Source of the DNA: Phoronis australis
Taxonomy: Eukaryota; Animalia; Phoronida
Reading direction: 5' to 3'
DNA length: 64,000 bases
Assembly: GCA_002633005.1 (NCBI GenBank)
Contig: NMRA01000035.1
Location: 1,145,059 to 1,209,058, forward strand
Part shown: positions 12,101-24,885 of the stretch, in pieces
How the letters are laid out: every line of letters starts with the position of its first letter
Position numbering within the stretch: the stretch's first letter is position 1
The notes under the pieces: model-generated
What the model saw: the letters and a program-made list of their open reading frames with translations, nothing else
What the model was told of the DNA's origin: nothing
Databases searched by the model: none
Position numbers and translations under genes: made by a program

Positions 12101-15100
12101 GATTGGGTATGAGACACGTCATTCAAATTTTGACGGGCCACTGCAACCTAGCCCGACACAGACACATTACTGGGCATATGGGGAGCCCTGTGTGTCCCGA
12201 GTGTGGTACTGACGTAGAATCTCCTAAACACCTGGTAGAGTCTTGCCCAGCTTTTTATAGGCTAAGGAGCAACCTACTGGATGGCATTGTTACATGCCTA
12301 CAACATATAGTGCATGGCAACAAATGGAAACGTCTGTCCGTTTTCCTAAAGGAGACTGGCAGACTTGAAAACTTTCTTCACGAGGAGCCATAATTGGGGT
12401 CTCGTGCCTTTGCTCAGGTGTTTTGTGCAATGGGCCCAACCATGAGGCCTGCGCACGTCTGATGCACCGCAAATGACATCAGACCACCTGCACTGTTTTT
12501 TTTTTGNATTAATAACCTACAAGATGACTGTACCTACATTCTGTCAAAATTAATTTTTAATTTAGATCATTTAACTTAAAACTGTTCTCAGCTTATCCCT
12601 TACTAAGATTAGAAGTTATGTTTGGTCTTGATGAGAACTGATAATTTGAGACTAGGTTTATTAAGTAAGCCTGAACTGTCGAGCCATTTTATGCATTGAG
12701 TGTGATCTCGAGTACAGCAGGGTGTAACCTAGGAACTCACACACGGCTCAGAATCAGACTTGAAACTTGACCAGTTCTGCAGCGTGATTCGTGTACAAAT
12801 TTTCAAGTTTACTCGAAGGGTGTTATGTACAGTGATTCGACTCCGGACCCAGAAGTTGCTTCTGGTCTGAGTAATCAACAATTTGAGACCATTTTTGTAA
12901 CAGTTACCTATATAAATTGTAAGTTATTCATTGACATGAGGCGAGTGTCTTGCACCTGTATAATATAAACATTGCAGGACCTTGTAACAACTGTCACAAA
13001 ATGCAACTCATGTGTAATTATTTCCGAAACTGAGTTGCAAATGTTTTAAAATCTCTATGTTTCCATTGATGAAGACTGAAGAGATACGTATGTTTTAACC
13101 AAGAACTATTTTTCAGTATTTAAGTTCTGGAGCGGGAGGTATTGCAGGCTTCTACATGCACGAGAGATATGCCGTCAATGACTTCCCTAAACTGCTGGGC
13201 TGGTGGGGTCATGACATCAAGACACGTTTTGTAATGGACAATGGTAAGTATACTGCGTACCCACAGAGGAGACTGTATGGTTCAGTAGTTGTCCCATTTG
13301 GGAGTCCCGGGTTCAAGTTTGTGGCTTTACTGGCTGACAATTTAGCATTGCACAAATGTGTCTTCTACTCCTATCAGCTCGGGCTTACACTAGTGAGTGT
13401 GTTCAAGGGAGTGAATGAGAACCTAGATATAATGCAAATGCAGTTTATAGGGGTGTGCTAAATAAAAAAAGGTATATTTTTTCAGATCTGGTATAGTCTA
13501 AGAAGCAGCATTTAGTCAATTTCACTTCAAGAGTCCTGAAATCGGTACCGTCACACACAANAATGAGACCTGTTTAGACAGATTTTTATGTAGATCATGC
13601 ATGGTTTTTCTTGCAGAAATTCATGCACATTTAATTTTAGTTTCAAGGTAGTTAGATTCCATGCATACGTTTTCAACAAGCAAATTTCATGTTTGTGTTT
13701 TGTTCTAGCACACAAGCATGTTCCATCTATTCTTGTCATTGTAGGCTAAAGCTCACCGGTGAATACCACTTGGAATTTTGTTCCTACACAGATATTCATA
13801 AAAGTCTGACATGAATGCGTCCAATCTTTACTGACCTCATTTGAAGTTTGGCATGATGTTACTTCTGGTTTGTGTGAGTGTAACTGCATGTTCCATTTTG
13901 CAGCTATTTTGTTTTTTCAGTTATGGTATTGTCACCTGGTCCGCGTGGATATCGTATCTCCAACCCACCCCCGTTACTGTGTGCGCCACTAGAGGGCACC
14001 TTTCAGGTTAGGGTTTCAAATTTCTAGCTTGTTTTTAGTTTAGCACTTTGTTTCAGTTTCAAATTTGAAACTGCTAACGGCTTACTTACCATAACCATGC
14101 TTCAACTAGGAAACAAATCAAATGTTGGTGTTCAGAAATGGACTATGATAATCGCATTTTTTGAATTTTGCTTTATTTTGGATAAAAGTGACTTCACTTT
14201 GTTACTCGTTTTTATTTTAAGCAATTGGAAATACAGTATGGGCCGAAATTATGAGATAGTTATTCTGAATTTCTTGCGGAATTAACCGGTAGAGTTGCTG
14301 AAACGACGTGTCATTATCCAAACTTTTCCTGATTATTTTTGGCTGTTGTGTTGTTGCCAGAAGTTCGAGTCTTCTCCCGCTTTCTTAGCATTTCAATCTT
14401 TCCAACTACATTATGGAGAGCCTCACTTTCTGTGTTTTGAGGGGCGGTCTGGCCATGTCTAGTAGGCGTAAGTCAAGCAAGATTGCCTCAGTTAAGATTT
14501 ATCCCCAAACGCAATGGTTCTAAAAGGAAAATGGCGAACACGAGTTGTTGAATTCAATTTCCTTTCCCTTTAGTTTTCCTCTTTGTCTCCCTTTTCTTCC
14601 CATTTACTGTACATGCATGCCTGCCTGTAGTTTCCATTGTCTCTTTAATATACTCACCTGACAAAAAGCTGTGTATTCTCGAATGCTTGTGATTGTATTT
14701 TTGCATCTGTACTTGATACTGGATAAGTCATTCAGACATAGACCCTATGTCAATGTCAGTATGCTGTGCGGAAATGCAGTGGACTAATACGAAATGTGTT
14801 GTATTTTACATCAGGTGTTCAAGAAGACCACCATGTCATCTCTCCGTCAGAAGTCCCTTCTACTAACGGGATACTTAGAGCTCCTTCTGAAGATTTTGTA
14901 TAGTAAGCCTGATGACCCCAGCAGTACAAAGCCATACGTGACTATGATAACACCGTGTAACCCTGTGGAAAGGGGATGCATGCTGTCTTTGATGTTTTCT
15001 GTGAATATTAAACACGTCTTTGAAGAGTTACAGAAGCGAGGTGTCTCGGTATGTTAAACTGATCTTAAGGTCATTTAGCACCTTATCAACAACAAGTCTG

Positions 15101-17640
15101 TGTTTAGCCAAATATCAACAAAACGGTAGATTTTAAGGCAGAAAAAGTATAACGTTTTCTGAAATTAGAAAGGCTTTAGAGTTTTATTTTTAATTTTATC
15201 TCCCATCAAACGGGTCATGTGACCATATCTTTTTCAGTAAAATTTAGCAAAAGGGAAAGGTACATTTTTTTCTACTTTTACCCTTCACACTCGAAGCCGA
15301 GTATTCCGAAGTGGTTCTCATTCATTCCTCACTATGGAGACCGAGCTCAGAGGAGTAGGAAACACTTTTGTGCAATACTCGATTGTCTGTCAGTTAAACC
15401 AGGATTCAAACCACAGTCTCCCAAGTGGGAGTCCAGAGCTCACACCACTGAGCCCCACTGTCTCCTCCTAAGCAAAACAATGGTGACAATACCACGACCA
15501 AATTTTGTTTGATATAAATGATCAAGATGAATTCTCAGTTTTCTAATGTATCGTTTCTTTTTTCATTTTTTGCAGCTTTTGATTATTTTCAGAAAAATTC
15601 ATGAAAGTTCTATTTTTGATAAATTTTCATTCAAAAATGAAACATTTTAAAAACAATTTGCAACATCATGTTGGATAGTAGCGCGTAAAGTATAGTAACT
15701 GAATAGCCATTTTTCTGAGATACGATGTTCCGAAGTTTGGCAAATTTTTTCTGTGGTCCTACAAAACCTTAAATGTACTGCACGTGATTAGAGTGTGCAA
15801 ACCGACTTAATCCATTGAAATGAAAACTGAAGCATCACATTCAATATTAAGGTAACTATGCTCAAATGCCTCAGAGTACTTTTGTTTGAACTTAGCGAAG
15901 ATGTCTCGTCACTGTCTTAAAGATGTATTGCATGCTCTTAACTATGCAGGAACTAAACGACATTGCTGTTTGAACACCAACTACGCTAAACAAAGTGCAG
16001 TTGTGTTCATTGACAACTTGTAAATGTGAAAGCTGAAACTTATGCAAATACGTGAACTTTGCGCTAATGACGTACCGTGGGGGCTCACATAGCTCGCATC
16101 ATGCAGTGTTATTCCCCAACACCATGTCACGATACTTACTGGACATGGTTGAGTGATTTACGGCAGATCGTTTTCAACACAATTCATTCTTGAAAACATT
16201 TGGCAATTTTCAACCTAATTCATATCCACACTGTCGCTATATGTTGCGTTTTTAACTAATTTGACCAAGTGATCACAGAGACTAGGAATTAGAGTGCAAG
16301 TTCCACTTTAAAGCCTTCAACGGCAACACATGTAAATTTTGTTCGTACAGTATGTTAAGAGCATCGCTCTGAACCCACTTGTGCCATAAATTGCCAAATG
16401 TAACAAACTGTTAGGCGTACTGGCTTGCTTTTGTCTACGTCACTGCGAGAATCACCTTTTAAATTAAATCATACAGCTGCAAATAACACCAGCATGCAAT
16501 GGTGTTCTTTTCAGACCCCTATTCAATACAAACTTTTGTTGTTTGTGCTGGGATTTTGCGGTGACGCAACATGGCACGAAAAGGCAACTTCACTTATGAT
16601 TTGACGGGCTTACACTTGTGTGATTGAACTCGCGTTTTCTTATTTTACTAAGGCTGTGCTAGGACAAAATTACGTTGAAGTTAGGCTTTAAGTGCTGTTG
16701 AAGGTTGGACTTTTATAATTGTCTGGGAACAGTGTTTATGGAACTCGACTTGATCAATATTATGACATACTGAGAGCAAACTTACAAATTAATAATCGAA
16801 TTATGTGGCATGATTGGTTAAATTACGTAACACCATCTGTGATTGTCAGAAATTAGCTCCAGCACATAGTCGAACATACAACCTTCGCTCTCGCAGTCAA
16901 ACGCTCTGCCAACTGAGCTAAACCATACTTGATAAATGACACAGCAAGTGTTCTTTAAAACTGGTACAGTCACTGACCTTGATTTCAGCGAATGTCTAAC
17001 AAGAATGAAAATTCAGGTGATTTGAAATAAAATCACAAAACTCCCTGAATTTATTGTTTTGTAGCTCTGGTCAAAGGTAATAACTTCAGAAAGTCTCCCA
17101 TCCATCAATGATCCCAAATATGCATTTTTGGCTGCAGAAATAATGACATCCCTTTAAATTTTGAGTCCAAGTGCGAGTCAAGTGTGAGTATGGAGATTAG
17201 ATCTTGGGCCCTCGTTCTGAACTTGAGCTTTTACTGGTGTTCAAGAGGACATGCGTTAACATCAAGCCTAGTCTGGGTTTGAGTGCTAGATACTCGCTTT
17301 GGTCCTTTATCTTCTAGCGCAGTGTAGGTAATTTTATTTGCTAGTGCCTCAGTGAAAAATCGAGACCTGCTGCATTTTATAGGGTGTAGAGATAAAAAAA
17401 AATCATGTGCGGTTTTGTATCTTCACCTGTTGAGGTCTAACCACAGTTCAATATTCAATTTTGTTTTTTTTGTGTGATTCATGGCTTTTTATTTCTAATG
17501 ACTTCTTTTTATTTCAGTGTGACGAGCGTCTTCCCAGTGTGATTCGCGTTGCCCCTGTTCACATCTACAACTCCTTTGAAGACGTTCACCGCTTCGTAAC
17601 ATTCGTGGGGGAATCCCTGCTGGCAGCTGCTGCTTTATGA
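3175..17640 (+). CDS. KYNU: Kynureninase (PLP-dependent L-kynurenine hydrolase), 11 coding exons per isoform, 470 aa
   Basis: Exons 3175-3358, 4216-4336, [7195-7277 or 7570-7652], 8288-8421, 9238-9312, 10416-10562, 11278-11376, 13117-13243, 13921-14006, 14815-15048 and 17518-17640. All introns are GT-AG and phase-consistent, totalling 1413 nt. Motifs: [44 protein letters not shown] (PLP lysine), GWWGH, RISNPP, IRVAPV. Confidence 0.97.
4760..4928 (+). mobile_element. SINE family copy (body only)
   Basis: Shares GGCTGACAAT...GTGTCTTCTACTCCT...GAGTGAATGAGAACC with 13266-13460 and, in reverse, with 15285-15470. Confidence 0.6.
5114..5413. mobile_element. Foldback/MITE-like element
   Basis: A ~40-bp imperfect inverted repeat (5161-5201 vs 5359-5400) is bracketed by the direct repeat CTGCTATTTTAATGA (5114-5128 and 5399-5413). 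Confidence 0.6.
6400..6810 (+). mobile_element. Decayed Penelope-like element 3' end
   Basis: The ORF remnant ...[19 protein letters not shown] resembles the end of Penelope GIY-YIG domains. A hammerhead-like motif follows ~200 bp later. Confidence 0.45.
6750..6807 (+). ncRNA. Minimal type I hammerhead ribozyme-like motif (degenerate)
   Basis: CTGATGA-T-[GGTGTTT taat AAACGCC]-GAAA-AATGTC-AAGC. It has both core boxes, a 7-bp stem II, a GUC triplet and GCTT/AAGC stem I potential. GAAAC appears mutated to GAAAA. Confidence 0.6.
7195..7277 (+). CDS. KYNU: Kynureninase alternative exon 3a (83 nt)
   Basis: TAG|G acceptor and G|GTGAGT donor; encodes (M)[27 protein letters not shown](G). Confidence 0.88.
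7570..7652 (+). CDS. KYNU: Kynureninase alternative exon 3b (83 nt)
   Basis: CAG|T acceptor and G|GTGAGC donor; encodes (I)[27 protein letters not shown](G). Confidence 0.88.
11440..11930 (-). mobile_element. Penelope-like retroelement fragment (GIY-YIG endonuclease and 3' region)
   Basis: ORF 11615-11911 reads [28 protein letters not shown]...SALCIH...KESLAI, a typical Penelope GIY-YIG domain. A degenerate hammerhead-like motif lies at 11482-11526. Confidence 0.85.
12030..12510 (+). mobile_element. Non-LTR retrotransposon 3' fragment (C-terminal Cys/His motif, I/Loa/R1-like)
   Basis: [13 protein letters not shown]...[21 protein letters not shown]...FLKETGRL matches the C-terminal zinc-binding region of LINE ORF2. 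Confidence 0.8.
13266..13460 (+). mobile_element. tRNA-derived SINE copy
   Basis: Head AGGAGACTGTATGGTTCAGTAG...GGGTTCAAG with A/B-box-like sequences; body shared with 4760-4928. Confidence 0.6.
15285..15470 (-). mobile_element. tRNA-derived SINE copy
   Basis: The reverse complement has GGGGCTCAGTGG (A box) and GGTTTGAATCC (B box), followed by the same body as the other two copies. Confidence 0.65.
16308..16691. mobile_element. TTAA-flanked non-autonomous DNA transposon (Kolobok/piggyBac-type)
   Basis: Imperfect TIRs TTAAAGCCTTCAACG ... CGTTGAAGTTAGGCTTTAA, with TTAA at both ends. Confidence 0.5.
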
Positions 17641-18372
17641 GATTTAACTGTCTACTGTTCTTCTATTGATTGCAGCCTTTTCAAAATCTTTCACAAGATA
17701 ATTACAATTGGGATTGTCTCAGATGTCTCACTGACGGATCTAGGATGTCCGGGAGGGGGGTTCCAACCACATTGTCAAAGGGAGAAGTGGTCTTAGAAAT
17801 TGGTATGCCGGTCGTGTTGATGATTGTTTTTGGTCATGACTGGAAAGTGTCCTGGCCCTTTCAAATCTTCCTGGATTTCTTTGTTTGACAAATGAATTTC
17901 TTTACAAAATTTTTGTCTGTAAGACGTGTGCTGCCAGGTACTTAGCCAAAGTTTACAAACCTGTAAAGTTCCAGAAGCTAAAGGATTGCCATTTTACATA
18001 CTCATCCGAGGCAGGGGAAATACACAGTTCCAAATTTAATAAGACAATCAAGACCGTCTTGTACACAGCCAAGACACAAACTTGGACTGTGTGAATGACA
18101 GCATTGCTACACACAACCACTGTGTTTTGTATACTCATAATCATTTGGCAGTAAGCCAGCTATTTTAGAACACTCAGTTTTACAGTGAATGTGTACTGAT
18201 GGTTTTTATGAACACATTTTTATACAGGGATGTTATTTTTAGAGTTCGTCTTTTACGTTTTTGTGTGTGGGGGAGCTCTCTTTCAAGTGATGGGAGATCC
18301 CACTACAGCCTGTATATAATGTTATGGATCGGCCAGTAATTGTATTACTTTTTGTTCAATTTCTTGAGGTGA

Positions 18373-18378
18373 AATAAA
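18373..18378 (+). terminator. Candidate poly(A) signal of KYNU
   Basis: AATAAA ~730 nt after the stop codon, at the end of a U-rich 3' UTR-like tract. Confidence 0.4.
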
Positions 18379-20410
18379 CAATTATCTATGCTATCATGCA
18401 TGTTGGCTACTGACCACCTAGCGGCACCCAGGGAACCAGCGAGGGTCGATATGTGCGTGATATCCCAGTCAACCGGCAGTGGCGCTGCGCACTATCCGTT
18501 TCCGTCGTCTGCTCCACTGTACGTGCAACGAAGTAAAGTACCTACTTTATTTTTTCAAAGAAAACGGAATCTGGGTAACGGTGAAGAAACAGAAGCTACT
18601 GTTAAGATGTAAATTTTAATCGCAGCTTTAGTGAATCACATTTGCTATCAAGTGGTTAATGCCAATATGAAAAACGTATTAATATTGGTCTTTTGGGCAA
18701 TTAAAGACTATTTTAAACACAACTTTTACTATGAACTGGTTGCACGAAATATAAAGCCTGTTACTTTAAGGTTCGCACGCAAACGCCGTGGACCATAAAC
18801 AAGTTTGTCTCTTAGTATAATTACAAGTGGAAACTTGGTGGTGCATTTGTAGCGCACTCGTCAGTTCAAATTCAATTCCGTGGCATTTACAAATTTTCCG
18901 GTATTACACAATCTCATTTTTTTCCTTTTTTAGTTCTTCAGGAATAAAGGCAAATGGTTGTTTTTAGAGGTAAAAACAAAGTTTTCTCCTGGGCGGGAGG
19001 GGGGCCAACCCCCATCCCGTCCTCTCCCGTTCGGCGCTATGCGCCTCTACAATCGTGCGCGATTGTTTACGAAACAACGGACACCCCCTTATGATATCCT
19101 AGATCCGCCGATGTGATTATACTTTCAACTGTTTTTAGTCTTGTTTTCGATGTAAGTTTCCCTACGTAAAAACTGGAACAATTTAAGGGTAAAACTCTGA
19201 TATAACGTGGCCGTATTTTGAGAACCAGTTTGATGCCTGTTATTGAGTGGAGAAAAATGGTCTTCAAAATTGGGACACGTTATATCAGACCATTACCCGA
19301 TTTAAGAACTATATTCCGACGATCCACCGAGACTTCAACCTTGTCATTTTGTAGGAAGAACGTATAAACATGGCGTCAGAAGCGAGAGATCTCTAGTTAT
19401 TCCAAGCTATTATACAAAATATTATAGTTATTACAATCTTTGCTACGAAGTTGTTACGACATGAAATCGTCTCTCTAAAAATACTAAAGTCATAAGTGTC
19501 CTAAACAATTTTAACTGATTGCAGTCAAATGTTGCCGTAAAACATCTGTGATGTTTATATGCTCTCCGTGAACAGGGCCACCCCATTTTGGTACAGTGAA
19601 ATTATATGTTGTAAATATCATTCGTACATAACTTTTCGTCGAAAACTAGCACTTGTGCTAACGTTAATTTGTTTATAACTCGACTCGATTTTTAATTTTT
19701 GCTTCACTTTTTACTTTCCCCTTTATACTTTTGAAGTAAAATTCAAAACATCATAATCGTTGTACGTCACGCGATGAAACTTCTGGAATATTTCAACAAT
19801 TGACTTGGCGTGCAATGTAATCAATATTGGTGAACGAAAATATTCGTGGAACTTTTTTCAGTTTAATTCAAGAGTTCTAGTGAGTTTTGAGTGCATGCAT
19901 GCCTTGTTTATAGTAAACATTCATCGAATTCAAACTCAGACCCGATTCTCAGAAAACATTTTCCTTTACTTTTTCTTTTTTTTTGAATCGTGTTATTTCT
20001 TTTCGCGACTTTACACGTGACGTCAGACTGCGCGTTCAGTTACGCGACGAGTTTTGAAAGAAACTTTTGTGCAAGTAAAACGTGCTTTTGCTTTGCTCTG
20101 TGTATATTTGCGACAAACTACGACAAATTGAAAGGTTCTGATCACATTTCACCTTCAAAAGAGAAGTAGTCACGCCTAAAAGGTAAGTAGACATTTAAAA
20201 CTGCATTCAGGCTTCTTTAGCTGGCTAAAAGAACGATAATCGAGTAAATCCTTGTAGACCATGTATTCTTTGAAAATTGGTATAAAATGTTCTTACCATG
20301 ACTTGTTTTCTGTTACCAAGAACATAAAACCCTCATCAGGTCATTCACGAAATGCATCTGAGTTACTGAGGTTGGCCAAATCCTAGTTTTCTTCAAATAC
20401 CCTCCACTGA

Positions 20411-21681
20411 CAGGGCTCAATATTAACTTTAAGTAGTTGAAATTTTTACTTGCCCGAACAACGAATTCACTTGCCCCAAGTACAATCCCAAATAGCACCG
20501 TGCATGTGCACACCTAGGTAATGTGTTACCGTAGGGCTGCCTGTGCTGAGCCTCCTCTTGTGTTGTGCACGCTAAATACATGAGTTGCTATTTTTTAACG
20601 ATTCTTCTTGTAGAACATTTATTAAATATAAGGTGTGTCAAAACACTAGAGAGACAAATTAGAAGAGTAACTATGGTACCTGAACCACTGTTACACGTTC
20701 ACAGGCGCCGAAATGAGCTAGGGCATGAACTCTGGACACTTCTGTGTATTCATTAGTTTATACGCCCTCATGCATTAAACTTGAGTTGTTGCTAACCTGA
20801 AATTCATTTTTTGCTATCCGTAAAAATCTTGCACAGTTTTGGTCATCGGTAGCTTGTATTAAATTAAAATCAAAATTTAACATATAATAATGCCACATAT
20901 ACTTTTATTTTCAATAAATAATTACATTTTTGAAAAATAGACTGCGAAAAAGTCAGACTTCAGAGCGGCAATCCCGAAGACCGTATTCCTCTTCTTTCGG
21001 GAGTCGCCACCGGGAGCCGGGAATTCATAAGAATGTCCTTTAGAATTCCCCCTGAATAAATACCAGGCCTTTTAAATTGCTGTGTAGTGTAGAAAATATG
21101 TCGTCAATCATTCACTTTTTAGGTTTTCCGCTTATCTGCATGACTTACATCCGCTGACGAACGCAGTGCTTCCAGCTGTAAATTGGTAAACGCCGGCAAA
21201 AATCAAACGTCATCCCTTGTTCACTGTCTCGCAGGCCAGAAAACCTAATTTCCCATGACGGAACCCATCCCCGCACTTTTCGTTTCATATTATTGCTTTG
21301 ATTCTTCCTGAACTCGTTTTTTAGCAACTAAACCAATGCCGTCCAGGCCTGGACGGCTTCCATGTTTAGACGTTTTGCCAGAGTGCAGACGATCAGTAGT
21401 AGCATGTGACAACTTATTCAGAAACTGCAGGCACGTTCAGAGAATCCAAAGGATTTGACCGCGAGCGTCATCTGTGCACGTTGCATCACACTCGTTCTAT
21501 TTTCCTTTCGGTGCTCATTCGAAGACGGGAGTTTCTTTGACGGCCACAGGGGCTTTTTCGACGGTTTTTAGGCTTGTGTCGGGGTTCGTTACTTTGGAGC
21601 AAGTACTTTTCAAATTCCACTTGCCCGACGCAAAATCTACATGCACACGGGCAATCGGGCAACCGTTAGTGTTGAGCCCTG
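20411..21681. mobile_element. hAT5-like DNA transposon derivative with a 5-bp TSD
   Basis: TIRs CAGGGCTCAATATTAAC / GTTAGTGTTGAGCCCTG are flanked by ACTGA on both sides (20406-20410 and 21682-21686). Subterminal CTTGCCC motifs are present. A minus-strand remnant, RGWVPSWEIRFSGLRDSEQGMTFDFCRR, resembles a TTF-type zinc finger. Confidence 0.8.
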
Positions 21682-24600
21682 ACTGATTTCACGCTCATTC
21701 GACACAAGTCGTCATTTTCCGTACGACGTTATAACAAAGACGTTAGGCCCTAACGGTCGAGACTAAACTCATTGGCCGCCACCATTATATTCTGTTGCCT
21801 TATTCGGTTAGTCAGTCGCGTAAGAACTTGGAACATGGAAGTAAATATGGAATTGCGATCTCGTTCAAGCTGAATTGATGATGTAAAAATTATCAGTGGT
21901 AAAAATACAGATTTTATCTGACCTTGTTCACATTTAAACGCTTACAAATCTTTGCTCTACTTGCGAGATTAGTCGAGTTACCCTAACGTTCCGCGTTTAC
22001 TCACACCAAATCTTGAGAAATAATGCTATTTTAGGTCTTGCTGAGAAATTTAGCCAGTCAGCAGGTGGCTAAGGGTACTAGTTTCATTCGCTGGTTCCGT
22101 GGGTGTACGCCAAAATTTCCTCTAGCGGACGCACAGGGAACCAGCGAGCTAGTTCCAGAGACCTATCCCATTAAGTTTGCTAGTTCTCATTTCGAAGTGT
22201 GCAAATTCGTCAATTTAAGACGTATTTTGGACACAATGAACAGCAAATGCGACGGAAATGATTGCCAAGATGCCAGTGACTATCCACACTGCCTCGAAGT
22301 TTGACGGGATATCCTTAATATTTCAATATAATCCAAAACATGGTTTACCTGCAAAATTTGTTGAAAAAGATAAGGTAACGTGGTATGTAGTCGGGAGGTG
22401 CTCTAGTCGGAAGATGCATAAGATTCGGGACAAGAGGGTGTTTCCCATATTTTTTCTTCATGCAATAATACAGAATAGTTAGGTTGTTAGACGCTGTGAC
22501 ACAGGCCTACCTTACCGAAAGCAGTCGTGTACTGGGTACTAATAAGCGGGTTTCCTGCGCGTACGAAACCGGACTTTAAAACAAGCCTTGATATTTCTCT
22601 GTACAGGATTCTTCGTTACGACACCTAATGAACGCGAAAAAACAATCTCTAAATATTTCCAACGAAGTTACTGCGTTTGACTCGTGCGACATTGAAGACG
22701 ATGGTTTGTGCGTAACACCTAGTACTAGAGCTGCTCTTTCGCTATGGAAGAAAACAATGTTAAGCTTGCGAAGGGTGACGCAGGAAGTGCCGTTCGCCAA
22801 CAATCCTAAATCGAGGCATTTTTAATGCAGAATCTCAATAATCAAAGAAAACATCTCATTATATTTAGGCAAAAAAACAACAACACAGAATTGCCACTTC
22901 CCACCCCAAAAACACCACTTCCTTCCCAATGCTCAGCATCAGCCAAACATTAAATTCTGAGAAGCAAATTTCCTACAAATTCCACATATGGGGGCCAAAA
23001 GTGCTGTCAACCAACTAGATTTTGTGCAATTCTGGCTTGTTTGAGGGCTACCTAAAATCGCAGCCGATTTCTCAGTCGCTAATTGGCAATGGACTGATGC
23101 AACAGGTGGCCGCTATCTTGAAGAAGAGTGGAACCAACAGGCGGTTTTTTCTCATTTCCAACACGTTCATAAATACAAGCAAACCAGATTCACTGCGCCT
23201 TCATGCAACGCTTACTTCAAAACGACTCCCAAGCCTGGCCTACTTTACAATTATATTTTGGCAGTGTTCAGTGCCACATAATATAGACCATAACGTCACA
23301 CGGACATGGACGAGAGTGTGAGCCAACGAAGCAAAGTAGCGAACCCTAAAATTCGAAAATGGCGCGCAGAGAATTACATTTAAATTAAGTAGGTGACGTG
23401 ACACAACAACGACCACTAGACATAGATTGTGTCTATTGCGCCGTGTTATGGAGATTTTCTTTTTGATTGAGTGACTCCCCAGTTCACTAGAAGAATGGCG
23501 GATTCTGATGTGATTTTAAATCGCATTCTGGCACTTTAATTAAGGGGGTTCGACACAGTTTTAATTTATTATCGAAATTTTTTAGAAATTTCCATCTTGT
23601 GTTTTTTGGCCTTTGCATGACACTATTTTGTGTACTGATTCTCTTACGCCGGCGTAAAAGTTTTTGTCTTGATTTTGAGTGTTTCAAATTGTAGCGCTTT
23701 AGGTTTTACACAAAAAGTCACACAGTTAATATTTTCCTGTTGTGTTTAATTTGATGTTCATCGTGTTTTCTATAAAAAACAGTGTCACATAAAAATGTGT
23801 TATTTAATTTGTGAAAAGCGCGCCGTTTTCACGATACAATTTACCCGGTGCAATTCACTTTATGGCGATTGTGTTATGTTGCTGGATGTTAAATTAACAA
23901 TCTAAGAAATATCTTATTTTTTGATGTTCGAAGTAAGTCACACCGTGTGTCAGTACTCGGGTTTATAATGTCATTGTGAATTTAATTTCGCACCAAAATA
24001 ACAAAAGCTTAACACAATGCGCACATTTTACAAATTAAATATTCTGTTATTTGATATGAAATATCAAAATATCATATTAAAAATATTTATAAGTTAATCA
24101 ATGTCGTAAATAACGACATTGTCGAGCCTATAACAGTTTTGGGTCTGTCAAAAATCGCGAATGTGGTAAATGGTTATCAGAGGCACGGCTCTCGATGTAA
24201 TGCAAACAGTCTCAGCAAATGTGTCATCGCCATGCAAACGCAAATCAATTACCACAGACAAACTGTCTTCGTTTTTATCGTTGGCCAAATAGGAGAACGT
24301 TACTCACGTAAATCACGTGCGAAAATTAATTGTTGTTAACGACACAAATTGATTCTTTACGGATTAAATTAATTATTAAGGAAGTAAAGTTTTTAATTAA
24401 TTGTTTACGGTGTAATTTTTTGCGGCTCATATTAAAACTTGCGCCGCAAAAAGTCTAGTTTTAACGTCGTAAATTAATAATTAAAATTGCGTATGGAATT
24501 ACAATTTACGCAATTGATAATTAACTTACGATGTTAAAAGCCGACGCATACCTGAGTATGTGAATTTCTTTAATGGGTTGTATTACGTAATTTTAGCTTC

Positions 24601-24885
24601 TTGATATGTCAACTTACTCTTTTTTGGAAAATGGTCAATGGCGTTTTTTGGCTGAGTCGTAGTGGATCTCCTAAATCCGCCTCTGCATGCGGTCTGAGGC
24701 CGAGTTATAAAATGGACTCAATTTTCATTTTCAAATAATAATTAGAAGTTTATCAGACGCAGGATGGCGCTTCCCCCATGCTCGCTGCAACCTTTGGCAG
24801 TCGCGGAAGTTGCAAAGAGGGATGTGGCAATCCAACATTCTTGCAAAAGACGTGATTCGTGGTTGCCCAACAAAGCCACCAACAG

